Positions 30,780-40,923 of a stretch of DNA of 64,000 nt are shown here, one piece after another. Under the pieces are notes generated by a model. It was not told the origin of the DNA, made no database searches, and saw only the letters and a list, made by a program, of their open reading frames with translations. The stretch is taken from the NCBI GenBank assembly GCA_031409255.1, contig JANNWW010000074.1:18042-82041 (forward strand), read 5' to 3'. This DNA is from Crocinitomicaceae bacterium (GTDB lineage Bacteria; Bacteroidota; Bacteroidia; Flavobacteriales_D; Crocinitomicaceae). The position numbers were made by a program, and so were the translations under genes. Positions within the stretch are counted from its first letter, which is position 1, and each line of letters starts with the position of its first letter.

Positions 30780-31614
30780 TAAAAAAGACGAACGCCGCGA
30801 GAATGATTTTCGCAAAAAAGATTCCGATTCAAGAGATTTTGACGGAGGTAAAACCTATGAGCGTAAACCGAAGAAAGATGCTGAAGACATCATTTACGGT
30901 ATTCGTTCAGTAATTGAGGCTGTTAAAAATGAAGTTGAAATCAACAAAATTTTGATTCAAAAAGGAATAGATAAAGATTTGTTTGAAGAATTGCGTACAA
31001 TTTTAACAGGTAAAGAATACCACTTGCAATTTGTTCCGGTTGAAAAGCTGAATAAATTAACGATCAATAACCACCAAGGAGTTGTAGCGTTTGTTTCTCC
31101 GCTTGAATATCAGAACATCGAAGAATTGTGTGATAAATGGCTTTCGGAAGGAAAAGAACCTTGTATTTTGGTTTTAGACCGAATTACAGACGTGCGAAAT
31201 TTTGGTGGAATTGCTAGAACTGCTGCTTGCATGGGAGTTGATGCTATTTTAATTCCTTCTTCTGGAGGTGCCTTGGTTTCTTCAGATGCAATTAAAACTT
31301 CAGCAGGTGCTTTGAATGCAATTCCTGTTTGTAAAACAGATTTGTTGAAAGAGAGTTTATTTTACTTGCAACAGAGCGGTTTCCAATTAGTTTCTTGTAC
31401 GGAAAAATCAAAAATTAGTGTTGAAAATTATGCTTTCTTTGGTTCTACAGCAATAATTGTTGGTTCTGAAGAAGATGGAATTTCACACGATTTATTGAAA
31501 ATGTCAGACGCACGCTTATCTGTTCCAATGGCTGGTTCAATTTCATCACTCAATGTAGGTGTTGCAACTGGAATGATTTTATTTGAACGCTTGCGCCAGA
31601 TCAAATCTAACTAA
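30772..31614 (+). CDS. rlmB: 23S rRNA (G2251-2'-O)-methyltransferase
   Basis: NHQGVVA, LDRITDVRNFGGIART, GSEEDG, SLNVGVA SPOUT motifs. ATG 30772 preferred. Confidence 0.92.
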   Translation: MYNKKDERRENDFRKKDSDSRDFDGGKTYERKPKKDAEDIIYGIRSVIEAVKNEVEINKILIQKGIDKDLFEELRTILTGKEYHLQFVPVEKLNKLTINNHQGVVAFVSPLEYQNIEELCDKWLSEGKEPCILVLDRITDVRNFGGIARTAACMGVDAILIPSSGGALVSSDAIKTSAGALNAIPVCKTDLLKESLFYLQQSGFQLVSCTEKSKISVENYAFFGSTAIIVGSEEDGISHDLLKMSDARLSVPMAGSISSLNVGVATGMILFERLRQIKSN

Positions 31615-31620
31615 AATTCC

Positions 31621-33345
31621 ATGTGGAGCCGAATGCGTAAAAACGCCTTTTTCATCGTTTTTTTCGCAGTTTTCACGTTTATCTTATTTTCAGATCAAGA
31701 AAGAAATTCGCCATATAATCGGATAATAATTGGCGATGCGAAAGCATACTATGCCTATTTGCCAGCTGTTTTCGTGTATCAAGATGCAAGTTTTGAATTC
31801 GTTAATAAAATTGAAAAGAAGTATTATCCTGCAGATGGAAGCTTAGCGAAAAACTTTATGAACGAGCTCCCAAGCGGAGAAAAAGTTAATAAAACTTTTC
31901 CGGGGTTAGCTATTTTATATGCTCCGTTCTTTTTCTTAGCATGGGTGTTTTCGGCTTTATTTGGGTATAGCACTGATGGGTATAGTTCTCCTTTTCAATT
32001 CGCAATTGCTTTATCACACATTTTTTATTTCACACTTGCTTTGCGAATTCTATGGTCAATTTTGACATCTTTCCAGATCAAATCAGTTCCCATTTTTTTC
32101 GCATTCCTTGTCTTAACCTTTGGAACAAATTGTTGGTATTATTTAGTCTATGATTTCTCTGTCAGTCATATACATCTGTTTTTCTTAGTCTCGCTTACAT
32201 TTTCTATTTTCATGAAATGGCTTCAGTTCCGAAAACCACACTTATTGGGTTGTGTTGCTGTTTTACTAGCATTAATTGCAATCGTTCGGCCAACAACCGT
32301 TCTGCTGGTGTTGTTTTTACCATTCGTCTTATTGTTAACGAAATCTAAAATATATTGGTCGCCAAAATTAATGTTTGGTCAAATCAGGCATTTAATTCCA
32401 TTCGTTCTAGCTTTAAGTTTTGTTTTATTTATTCCACTTCTTCTCTGGAAATGGCAAACAGGAAATTGGTTCGTTTATTCTTATTCAAATGAGCGCTTCG
32501 ATTTCTCAAAACCTCATTTTTTAGATTTTCTATTTTCATTCAGAAAAGGATGGCTGTTGTGGTCGCCAGCTATTTTACTCGCATTTATTCTATTGTTTTT
32601 TTGTGTTAAAAAAGACAATTTCAAAACAGTTGTTTCGTTAGTTTTTCCTTTCCTATTTATTGCTTTTGTTTTTTCTTGTTGGTGGATTTGGACTTTTGGA
32701 ATGGGTTTCGGACAGCGACCAATGATCGAGTTTTTGCCCTTTCTTTTAATTGGAACTCTGGTAATTTTGAATAAATTCAAACACAATTTTATTCTTTTAT
32801 TTGCCTTTGTTCCGCTACTGCTTTTATCACTCGTTCAAGGTTATCAAGTGGCTAATTTCATTCACATTGGCGGAAATACAACGCGTGAAGAATACGAACG
32901 AAGATTTTTTCAATTCAAGCAAGATGCCCCTACTTTTAAAGTCACTAAAAATTTCGAATTATTAGTTCGGAAAACTACAGGAAAAACTGAAGTAAACGAA
33001 TTTTCACCTTATTCAAAATCAGTAAAAGTTTCGGTTCAAAATTCAACCTATCAAGTAATAAAAATAGTCACGAAAGTGAAAAGTGCTGAGAAAAAGCCTA
33101 ACTTGCAATTGGTGGTTAGTTCCATCTCTGGCCTCTTTTATAAGCAATTCTCATTGTCGGAACATGTTGATTTGGATTTTGTTGAGTTAGAATTCGGAGC
33201 CAAATTAACAAAGCTAGCTTCCACCGATACTTTACTCGTTTATGTGTGGAATGGAAATTCTAAATCGATTGCCCAAATTAAAAGAATTGAAGTAGAATTT
33301 TTTAGAGAAAGAAAGCTAAGTTCAAATCGGAAACTGCTCAATTAA
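31621..33345 (+). CDS. Polytopic membrane protein, GT-C-like putative glycosyltransferase
   Basis: DAKAYYAYLPA N-terminal loop, many TMs, FSFRKGWLLWSP, FGQRPMIE. Confidence 0.6.
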   Translation: MWSRMRKNAFFIVFFAVFTFILFSDQERNSPYNRIIIGDAKAYYAYLPAVFVYQDASFEFVNKIEKKYYPADGSLAKNFMNELPSGEKVNKTFPGLAILYAPFFFLAWVFSALFGYSTDGYSSPFQFAIALSHIFYFTLALRILWSILTSFQIKSVPIFFAFLVLTFGTNCWYYLVYDFSVSHIHLFFLVSLTFSIFMKWLQFRKPHLLGCVAVLLALIAIVRPTTVLLVLFLPFVLLLTKSKIYWSPKLMFGQIRHLIPFVLALSFVLFIPLLLWKWQTGNWFVYSYSNERFDFSKPHFLDFLFSFRKGWLLWSPAILLAFILLFFCVKKDNFKTVVSLVFPFLFIAFVFSCWWIWTFGMGFGQRPMIEFLPFLLIGTLVILNKFKHNFILLFAFVPLLLLSLVQGYQVANFIHIGGNTTREEYERRFFQFKQDAPTFKVTKNFELLVRKTTGKTEVNEFSPYSKSVKVSVQNSTYQVIKIVTKVKSAEKKPNLQLVVSSISGLFYKQFSLSEHVDLDFVELEFGAKLTKLASTDTLLVYVWNGNSKSIAQIKRIEVEFFRERKLSSNRKLLN

Positions 33346-34029
33346 ATCGGGAAGCTCACTTAAATCACGAATTCGGGAAACGGTTCCGTCTGATCGGTAT
33401 CTTTTTTGCGGGTCGAAATGAATGGCCGTCCAACCAGCATTTAATGCGCCGGTAATATCTGCTTTAAAATCGTCGCCAATCATAAATGCATTTTTCGGAG
33501 TGCAGTTTGTCAGATTTTCAGCAGTGCGAAAAATTTCTCGATTGGGTTTAGAAAATCCAACCTCTTCGGAACACAATATGACATCAAAAAACGACAATAA
33601 ACCACTTTTTTCTAATTTAATAAATTGCACTTCTTTAAATCCATTTGTGATCAAATGCATGCGGTAATTGTTTTTTGCAAAGTCTTCCAAAACTTCGAGC
33701 GCATTCGGAAGCAGTTCTGTTTGATAAGGAGAAGTTGAAATGTATCCGTTACTCAATTTCATCGCTAAAGCAGAATTATTGATTCCTAATTTGTTGAGTG
33801 TAATTTCAAAACGCTTGTTTCGAAGCTCGTCTTTTGTAATTTTCTTTTTACCATATTTCTGCCATAAATCAGCATTCACTTTAGTATATGTATAGTGAAA
33901 ATGAATAAAATGTTCAATTTCGTCGTTCAACTTTAACTCGTGAAATAGCTGAAACAATGCATTCTTCGAATTGGTCTCAAAATCCCAAAGAGTTCGGTCT
34001 AGATCAAAAAAAAGTTGACGTTCTTTCAC
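33322..34029 (-). CDS. yjjG: Noncanonical pyrimidine nucleotidase (HAD superfamily)
   Basis: FFDLDRTLWDF, ITNGFKEVQ, KPNREIF, MIGDD..DI.GA. Confidence 0.9.
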   Translation of the reverse strand: MKERQLFFDLDRTLWDFETNSKNALFQLFHELKLNDEIEHFIHFHYTYTKVNADLWQKYGKKKITKDELRNKRFEITLNKLGINNSALAMKLSNGYISTSPYQTELLPNALEVLEDFAKNNYRMHLITNGFKEVQFIKLEKSGLLSFFDVILCSEEVGFSKPNREIFRTAENLTNCTPKNAFMIGDDFKADITGALNAGWTAIHFDPQKRYRSDGTVSRIRDLSELPDLIEQFPI

Positions 34030-34034
34030 CCTAA

Positions 34035-34502
34035 TTAGAAAAACTTAGCAATCAGAAAAGCAATTCCGGTAGTTAAAAAACCATTAATTCCAATTCCGAT
34101 AACAATCAGCGGAAAAGTACGTTTGTCTTTTCCGAAGAACTTTGCAGAAATTATGGAACCTACTGGAACAGAAAGAAATAAGGGGGCATAAAAACTAATA
34201 CCAACAATTCCAAGTCGCTTCATGCGAACAATTGCTTTATTGGTTTTGGTAAAAGCTTTTTTACGTTTTAATTCGATTCCCTTTTCTTTTGCATCTGAGA
34301 TTAATTTCTTCTTTTTCTTGTGTGCTCGAATCATAAAAAATTCTGCTGAAAAGTAAAAAATAACCGCACAAAAAATAGCTCCCGAAATACAACTTAAATA
34401 AGTTTCAAAGAAGGTTAGTTTTGCCGCCGGACCACCAAAAGGAGCGAACAAAAATTTGATCATTGCCAGTCCGAAAAACCCAAAATACAATCCCCACTTC
34501 AT
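34035..34502 (-). CDS. Small membrane protein (small multi-drug export-like)
   Basis: TM helices flanking a Lys-rich loop; PLFLSVPVGS. Confidence 0.6.
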   Translation of the reverse strand: MKWGLYFGFFGLAMIKFLFAPFGGPAAKLTFFETYLSCISGAIFCAVIFYFSAEFFMIRAHKKKKKLISDAKEKGIELKRKKAFTKTNKAIVRMKRLGIVGISFYAPLFLSVPVGSIISAKFFGKDKRTFPLIVIGIGINGFLTTGIAFLIAKFF

Positions 34503-34512
34503 AATTTACAAT

Positions 34513-35160
34513 TTAACATTTTGGGCCAAAAGCCAAATCACCTGCGTCGCCTAAGCCAGGAACAATATATGCTTGAGCCGTTAACTCACGGTCAATTGCT
34601 CCCACCCAAATAGTAACTGTTTCTGGTAAATGTGCTTTAATAAATTCTAATGCTTCTGGAGCAGCTATTGCAGAAACGATGTGCACTTTTGCAGGTTTTC
34701 CATGTTGCAATAGAGCTTTGTAAACCATTACCATTGAACTTCCGGTTGCTAACATGGGGTCAGAAATAATCAATGTTTTGCCATTAATGTCTGGCGCAGC
34801 TAAATATTCAACATGTATATCAAAATCTTCTGCAGTTGTATGACGTCTGTATGCAGAAATGAATGCACTTTCTGCTCTGTCAAAATAATTTAGCAACCCT
34901 TGATGCATGGGCAAGCCAGCACGAAGAATTGTTGCTAAAACGGGTTGTTGTTTTAATAAAAAACATTCTGCTTCTCCAAGTGGAGTAGTGATTGCTTTAC
35001 TTTCATACGTTAATGATTTACTGATTTCATAAGCAGCAACTTCAGCAATTCGCTCCAAATTACGACGAAAACGTATTGGGTCTTTTTGAATTTCAAAATC
35101 GCGTAATTCTGCTAGGAAAGTTCCGAAAATGGATGTTGTTTGACTAAGATTGTGAATCAT
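34513..35160 (-). CDS. upp: Uracil phosphoribosyltransferase
   Basis: ILRAGLPM, DPMLATG, YIVPGLGDAGD. Confidence 0.96.
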   Translation of the reverse strand: MIHNLSQTTSIFGTFLAELRDFEIQKDPIRFRRNLERIAEVAAYEISKSLTYESKAITTPLGEAECFLLKQQPVLATILRAGLPMHQGLLNYFDRAESAFISAYRRHTTAEDFDIHVEYLAAPDINGKTLIISDPMLATGSSMVMVYKALLQHGKPAKVHIVSAIAAPEALEFIKAHLPETVTIWVGAIDRELTAQAYIVPGLGDAGDLAFGPKC

Positions 35161-35275
35161 GGGTAAAAATTTACTTCATCGCAAAGTAAATCAATGATAT
35201 GCTATTAAAAAACTGTTTGTGTTGTTTTTTTTGAATTTTTAATTTTTTTATAGATTTAACACGCCTAGAAAGTAG

Positions 35276-35283
35276 TAAATTTG
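35276..35283 (+). promoter_or_regulatory. -7 promoter element for the ABC transporter
   Basis: TAAATTTG ends 8 nt before ATG 35291. Confidence 0.6.
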
Positions 35284-35290
35284 CAGCGAA

Positions 35291-37051
35291 ATGTCTAAAA
35301 AAGGAAAAATAGATTCGCGTATTTTTTTACGTCTTTTAAAATTCGCTAAACCTTATCGAAAGTTATTGATTTTCGCTATTGTTTTCACTGTTACTCTAGC
35401 TGTGATAACTCCTTTGCGTCCTTATTTAATTTCTCAAAGTATTCAGAAATATGTAATTGACGAACCAAATCCGCAGTTGTTTTTAGTGTTTATTGCTTTC
35501 ATTTTTGGAATGCTTTTGCTCGAAACTATTTTACAGTTTTTCACCACATATTTATCGAATTTATTAGCACAAAGTATTATTCGCGACATACGTATTCGCG
35601 TTTTTAATCATATTAGCGAGTTTCGTGTAAATTATTTCGATAAAACTCCTGTAGGATCTCTCGTTACTCGTGTAGTTGCAGATATTGAAGCAATTTCAGA
35701 AGTTTTTTCAGCCGGATTAATTGAATTGGTTGGCGATTTACTAATGTTAATTGTAGTAGTTACTTGCATGTTTGTTACAAATTGGAAACTTTGTTTAATG
35801 ACACTTGCACCGGTTCCAATTCTCATTATCGCTACCCGAATTTTTGCTAAAGCAATGCGAAAATCTTTTCAACAGGAAAGTTCGGCAGTGAATAGATTAA
35901 ACACGTTCGTTCAAGAGCATTTAACAGGAATGAACATTGTTCAACTTTTTGGACGGGAAAAACAAGTAAAAGCAGCTTTCGAGGAAGTAAACAAATCGCA
36001 CAGAACGGCACACATTAATGCTGTTTGGGCTTTTTCAATTTTCTTTCCTGTTGTAGAATTATTGAGTTCATTTTCTGTTGCTTTAATTTTAGTTTGGGCT
36101 GGTTTAGCTCTTACTGGCGACACTATTGAACCAGAGAAACACTTTAAAGAAATTATTGGATTTGTTTTTTGGACTCAAATGATGTATCGTCCAATTCGTC
36201 AATTAGCAGATAAATTTAATGTACTTCAACGCGGAATTGTGCGTTCTGAGCGCGTTTTCGAAATCATTGACACCAATGAGAACGTGCAAGATACAGGAAC
36301 AAATTCAAATGTAGATTTCGATAAAGAAATTAAATTAGATCAGGTTCATTTTGCCTACAGCGAAGAAAATTGGGTGCTGAAAGGAATAGATTTAAGTATT
36401 CAGCCTGGGCAGTTAGTTGCTTTTGTTGGTGCAACAGGTGCTGGTAAAACTTCTATAGTGAATTTACTTTCACGTTTTTATGAGTTTCAAAAAGGAACAA
36501 TTCATATTGGCGACGTTGAACTGCGCGATATTGAACTCAATCATTTACGTAGAAACATTGCGGTTGTTTTACAAGATGTTTTCCTCTTTTCAGATTCTCT
36601 TCACAACAATATTACACTCGGAAATCCTGAGATAACTCGCGAAGAAGTAATTGCAGCGGCACATAAAATTGGCGCCCATGAATTTATTGAAAAATTACCA
36701 GGTGCATATGATTATCAGTTGCAAGAAAGAGGAGGAGTTCTTTCTGTTGGTCAGCGGCAAATTCTCGCTTTTATTAGAGCATACGTTTACAATCCGCATA
36801 TTCTGATTTTAGATGAGGCCACTTCTAGTGTCGATTCAGAATCTGAACAAATGATTCAACGTGCAACCGAGGAATTAACCAAAGGACGAACATCTATCGT
36901 AATTGCGCACAGATTATCTACTATTCAATCTGCTGATAAAATTGTTGTTCTCGACAAGGGAATGGTTGTTGAAAGCGGAAATCATGCCGAATTAGTAGAA
37001 AAAAATGGCTTTTACAAGCGTTTATACGATATGCAATTCAAGCACAATTAA
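35291..37051 (+). CDS. ABC exporter, fused permease/ATPase (MsbA/MdlB-like)
   Basis: TMD plus GATGAGKT Walker A, LSVGQRQ, LILDEATS, IAHRLSTI. Confidence 0.94.
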   Translation: MSKKGKIDSRIFLRLLKFAKPYRKLLIFAIVFTVTLAVITPLRPYLISQSIQKYVIDEPNPQLFLVFIAFIFGMLLLETILQFFTTYLSNLLAQSIIRDIRIRVFNHISEFRVNYFDKTPVGSLVTRVVADIEAISEVFSAGLIELVGDLLMLIVVVTCMFVTNWKLCLMTLAPVPILIIATRIFAKAMRKSFQQESSAVNRLNTFVQEHLTGMNIVQLFGREKQVKAAFEEVNKSHRTAHINAVWAFSIFFPVVELLSSFSVALILVWAGLALTGDTIEPEKHFKEIIGFVFWTQMMYRPIRQLADKFNVLQRGIVRSERVFEIIDTNENVQDTGTNSNVDFDKEIKLDQVHFAYSEENWVLKGIDLSIQPGQLVAFVGATGAGKTSIVNLLSRFYEFQKGTIHIGDVELRDIELNHLRRNIAVVLQDVFLFSDSLHNNITLGNPEITREEVIAAAHKIGAHEFIEKLPGAYDYQLQERGGVLSVGQRQILAFIRAYVYNPHILILDEATSSVDSESEQMIQRATEELTKGRTSIVIAHRLSTIQSADKIVVLDKGMVVESGNHAELVEKNGFYKRLYDMQFKHN

Positions 37052-37053
37052 GA

Positions 37054-37917
37054 ATGAATGAAATTGGATTAAAAATAGGTGGCGTTCCAGAGCATTTTAA
37101 TTTGCCTTGGCGCTTAGCTATTGAGGAAGGAAAATTTAGAGATATTGGTTTAAATTTGCATTGGTCAGATATGAGTGGAGGAACTGGTCAAATGTTACGC
37201 GGACTAGAAACAGGTTCAATTGACATTGCAGTTTTATTAACTGAGGGAATAACGAAATCAATTTTAGAAGGTTTAGACGCAAAAATTTTGCAAGTTTATG
37301 TTGTTTCTCCTTTGTCGTGGGGAATTCACGTTCCAGCAAATCAAGCCATCGATTCAAGTGAGCAGATAACAGACAAAACCTTTGCTATTTCACGCTTTGG
37401 TTCGGGTTCACACCTCATGTCTTATGTAATGGCAGACCAAAACGGATGGTCGCTCAGTGATTTGAAATTTAATGTTGTGGGCGATATTTATGGCGGTTTG
37501 TGGGCGTTAGAAAATAAAGAAGCAGCTGTTTTTTTATGGGAGAAATACACTACTTTTCCGTATGTTGAGCAAGGAAAATGTAAATATATTGGAGATGTTG
37601 TCACTCCTTGGCCGTGTTTTGTGATTGCAGTTCGAAATGAAATTATTGCAGACCATGCCCAACTTTTAGATCAAATGTGTGCTTTGGTGAATCAAAAAGC
37701 TTGGGAGGTTAAAAACGATCCAGATGCAGTTGAGATTATTTCGTGGCGATACAATTTACGTCATGACCAAGTAGAAAAATGGCTTTCTGAAATTGAATGG
37801 AATTACAAAGGAATTGCTTATCCTTTAGCTTTTGAAAAAACAACACATTATTTAAAGAAATTGAATTTACTTTCAGAAGAACATGCCGGAAACTGGCGCG
37901 AAAAGCTGTTCGTCTAA
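37054..37917 (+). CDS. Periplasmic-binding-protein-fold (SsuA/THI5-like) protein
   Basis: GGVPEHFNLPW, GGTGQM, SRFGSGSHLM, TPWPCFVIA. Confidence 0.8.
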   Translation: MNEIGLKIGGVPEHFNLPWRLAIEEGKFRDIGLNLHWSDMSGGTGQMLRGLETGSIDIAVLLTEGITKSILEGLDAKILQVYVVSPLSWGIHVPANQAIDSSEQITDKTFAISRFGSGSHLMSYVMADQNGWSLSDLKFNVVGDIYGGLWALENKEAAVFLWEKYTTFPYVEQGKCKYIGDVVTPWPCFVIAVRNEIIADHAQLLDQMCALVNQKAWEVKNDPDAVEIISWRYNLRHDQVEKWLSEIEWNYKGIAYPLAFEKTTHYLKKLNLLSEEHAGNWREKLFV

Positions 37918-37983
37918 AGAAAACAAGCAATATTAATTCTTTTTATTTCTAAAGATTACAGATTCTTTTCTCTTGTTTCCCGT

Positions 37984-38250
37984 CTATTTCTTCCTAGCCG
38001 CCTTCTTCTGTCTGCGCGCATTCTTCTTTACACTCTTTTTAGCTTCTTTACTTTGGCGTTTCCAATATGCTTTTTGTGATTGTTTCTTCGCTTTTTTAGC
38101 AATTTTCGCCTCTTTTTTTCTTCGTTTAGCAATTTTTTTTTCTGCTTCTTCAACTGATGCAGCTTCTTGGGCATAGCTTGTTTGAGTGACAGGTGTCAAA
38201 ATAAAAAACAAGCACAATATCCAGGTAATCAATTTCGTTTGTATCTTCAT
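37984..38250 (-). CDS. Small exported Lys/Arg/Ala-rich hypothetical protein
   Basis: Signal peptide ending SYA/Q; highly basic helical mature part. Confidence 0.65.
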   Translation of the reverse strand: MKIQTKLITWILCLFFILTPVTQTSYAQEAASVEEAEKKIAKRRKKEAKIAKKAKKQSQKAYWKRQSKEAKKSVKKNARRQKKAARKK

Positions 38251-38290
38251 GGCAATGTTTTTGAGTCAAAAGGATAATTCTAGTTTATAT

Positions 38291-38719
38291 ATGTCGATTT
38301 CGAAAGTACTTATTTTTTTTCTTTTTACAAGTGTGTTTTTTTCCTGCAATAAAAACAACGAATATCCACTGCCCTCCATTCCATTCGATTTCACTATAGA
38401 TTTGTCTTTGCCTTCTTATCAAGAAATCAATGCAGTTGGTGGTTGGTGTTACGTTGCTGGAGGTTTAAAGGGAATTGTTATTTACAGAAAAGGGATTGAT
38501 GAATTTGTAGTCTGGGAACGTCAATCTCCGCTCGATCCACAAGGGACATGCGCAGAGGGGGTTTCACCTAAGAGTACTAATTTTTTAGAATTAGATGATC
38601 CTTGTTCTGAGGCGGTTTTTTCTTTGTATGATGGTTCTCCGATTCAAAATTCTGATTGGGGACTTCGCCAATACCGTTACGATTGGAACGGATCAAATCT
38701 TTTGCGGATTTATAATTAA
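38291..38719 (+). CDS. Hypothetical lipoprotein, degenerate Rieske-like family
   Basis: Lipobox VFFSC; GIVIYR..WER.SP..C..DPCS..FSL.DG.P..L.QY. ATG 38291 avoids overlap with the divergent gene. Confidence 0.55.
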   Translation: MSISKVLIFFLFTSVFFSCNKNNEYPLPSIPFDFTIDLSLPSYQEINAVGGWCYVAGGLKGIVIYRKGIDEFVVWERQSPLDPQGTCAEGVSPKSTNFLELDDPCSEAVFSLYDGSPIQNSDWGLRQYRYDWNGSNLLRIYN

Positions 38720-38733
38720 TATCGAACTATTTT

Positions 38734-38875
38734 GGCTGGCAATTCCGCCTGCGTTTTCAATTCCATTCTTAAAAAAAGCGTCAACTTGCTTTAAAAGAAC
38801 TTCCGTTGGTCGTTTTTTTAAGCTAAGTTCACGTTACTTTTTTTAGTTAATTCCATTTTCATCTTCGTCGGGCCA
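38734..38875. repeat. Dispersed structured intergenic element, copy 2
   Basis: Same blocks, order, length (142 nt) and orientation as 916-1057. Confidence 0.85.
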
Positions 38876-39096
38876 GAATAACTGCTTCACTGCATTTTAT
38901 AAATTGGTATTAAGTAAGGTTTCTGGTGAACATAATCGATATTAGCCGTAGTTAACCATTATTAACGGTTAAACAACAGCTCAAACGGATAAAATAAAAT
39001 GTTAGTATCTTTCCCACTTGCGCTAATTTCATACCATATTCGCTAAGCTAATTATTACTTTAGCTACTTTTCACTAACTTCGCAGAAAAACATATA

Positions 39097-40308
39097 ATGA
39101 TTCCATTTTCGCCCCCAAGAATAGACCAAAAAGTGATCGACGAAGTAACAGCGGCTTTAAAATCCGGATGGATTACGACAGGACCACGAACGAAACTTTT
39201 TGAGAAAAAATTAACTGAATATTGCGGAAATAAATGCACTGTAGCAGTTAATTCATGGACGGCAGGAATGGAATTACTCCTTCGTTGGTGGGGAATTGGT
39301 GAAGGTGATGAGGTAATTCTGCCTCCATATACCTATTGTGCAAGTGCAAACGTAATCGTTCACATTGGCGCAAAACCTGTTTTTGTTGACATAAATTCAG
39401 ATGACTTTAATATCAATATTAACAACATTCGAAAAGCCATAACTCCCAGAACTAAAGCAATAATGCCGGTAGATATTGCAGGTTTTCCGTGTGATTATGA
39501 GGCAATATTTGCATTGATAAATGAACCAGAAATAAAAGCTCTTTTTAAAGCAAACTCTGAAAAACAAGAAAAATTAGGACGAATTCTAGTTGCTGCAGAT
39601 GCCGCACATAGCTTTGGAGCAAATTATAAAGGCAAAAAATCTGGTGCGTTAGCCGACGTTAGTTCTTTTTCCTTCCATGCGGTAAAAAACTTAACAACAG
39701 CCGAAGGTGGAACAATGTCAATAAACCTCCCAGAGCAGTTCGATCACGAAGAAATTTATAAAGATTTGTGTATCCAAATTTTACATGGTCAATCAAAAGA
39801 CGCACTTGCCAAAGCTCAAAAAGGTGCTTGGAGATACGATGTTTTGTCTGCCGGTTTCAAATGCAACATGACCGATCTTCAGGCGGCAATTGGTTTAATT
39901 GAATTAGAGCGTTTTCACGAAAATGTAGACAGAAGAAAAACAATTTGTGAAGCATATAATTCAGCCTTTGAAAACGAATCGTGGGCACTGCTTCCCAAAA
40001 TGAAAGATGAATTTAGAGAAACATGTTATCATTTATATCTCTTGCGAATAGAAGGGATTACTGAAGCGCAAAGAGATGCAATTATCCAAATTATTTTTGA
40101 TCAAGATGTTTCTGTAAATGTTCATTTTCAACCGCTTCCAATTTTAACAGCATACAAGAATTTGGGCTACAAAATAGAAGATTATCCCGAAACTTGGAAC
40201 AAATATTCCAATGAAATAACTCTCCCGGTTTATTACGATTTGTCTGATGAACAAGTTCAAACGGTAATAAGTGCAGTTAAACTTGCAGTCAAATCAGTCA
40301 TTGGATGA
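39097..40308 (+). CDS. DegT/DnrJ/EryC1/StrS PLP aminotransferase
   Basis: GWITTGP, DAAHSFGA, FSFHAVKNLTTAEGG, GFKCNMTD. Confidence 0.93.
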   Translation: MIPFSPPRIDQKVIDEVTAALKSGWITTGPRTKLFEKKLTEYCGNKCTVAVNSWTAGMELLLRWWGIGEGDEVILPPYTYCASANVIVHIGAKPVFVDINSDDFNININNIRKAITPRTKAIMPVDIAGFPCDYEAIFALINEPEIKALFKANSEKQEKLGRILVAADAAHSFGANYKGKKSGALADVSSFSFHAVKNLTTAEGGTMSINLPEQFDHEEIYKDLCIQILHGQSKDALAKAQKGAWRYDVLSAGFKCNMTDLQAAIGLIELERFHENVDRRKTICEAYNSAFENESWALLPKMKDEFRETCYHLYLLRIEGITEAQRDAIIQIIFDQDVSVNVHFQPLPILTAYKNLGYKIEDYPETWNKYSNEITLPVYYDLSDEQVQTVISAVKLAVKSVIG

Positions 40309-40892
40309 AACGCGTGTTTGATTGGGTTGTTTCATCAATTATTCTAATTTGTTTTTTTCCCGTTGGAATAATTCTCACTTTGTGTATCGCAATTGAAAGT
40401 AGAGGAGGCATTTTTTATCGCCAAGAACGAATTGGTAAAAATGAAATACCTTTCAAATTATGGAAGTTTAGAACAATGCGAAAAGACGCAGATAAATTTG
40501 GGAAATTAACAGTTGGCATGCGCGACCCCCGAATTACGCGTGTTGGTTATTTCATTCGGAAATCTAAATTAGACGAGTTTCCACAGTTTTTAAATGTTTG
40601 GATCGGACAAATGTCGATTGTTGGACCAAGGCCAGAAGTAAAAGAATACGTTGATCTATATTCAAAAACCCAACGCGAAATATTAAAAGTTAAACCCGGA
40701 ATAACAGATTTGGCGTCACTCGAATATTTCAATGAAAATGAATTACTTGGAAAATCTTTTAATCCGCGCAAAACCTACATTGAAGAAATTATGCCCGCAA
40801 AAATTGAACTAAATAAAAAGTATCTTCAAAACCCAAGTTTGGCAACAGATGTAAAAATTATGTGGCGTACTTTTTTAAAAATAATTAGTTAA
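40305..40892 (+). CDS. Initiating sugar transferase (bacterial sugar transferase family)
   Basis: MKRVFD, YRQERIGK, KFRTM, LDEFPQ, SIVGPRPE, KPGIT. Confidence 0.92.
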   Translation: MKRVFDWVVSSIILICFFPVGIILTLCIAIESRGGIFYRQERIGKNEIPFKLWKFRTMRKDADKFGKLTVGMRDPRITRVGYFIRKSKLDEFPQFLNVWIGQMSIVGPRPEVKEYVDLYSKTQREILKVKPGITDLASLEYFNENELLGKSFNPRKTYIEEIMPAKIELNKKYLQNPSLATDVKIMWRTFLKIIS

Positions 40893-40923
40893 TTAACATC
40901 CAATCAAGAAATTAAAAGTCAAT

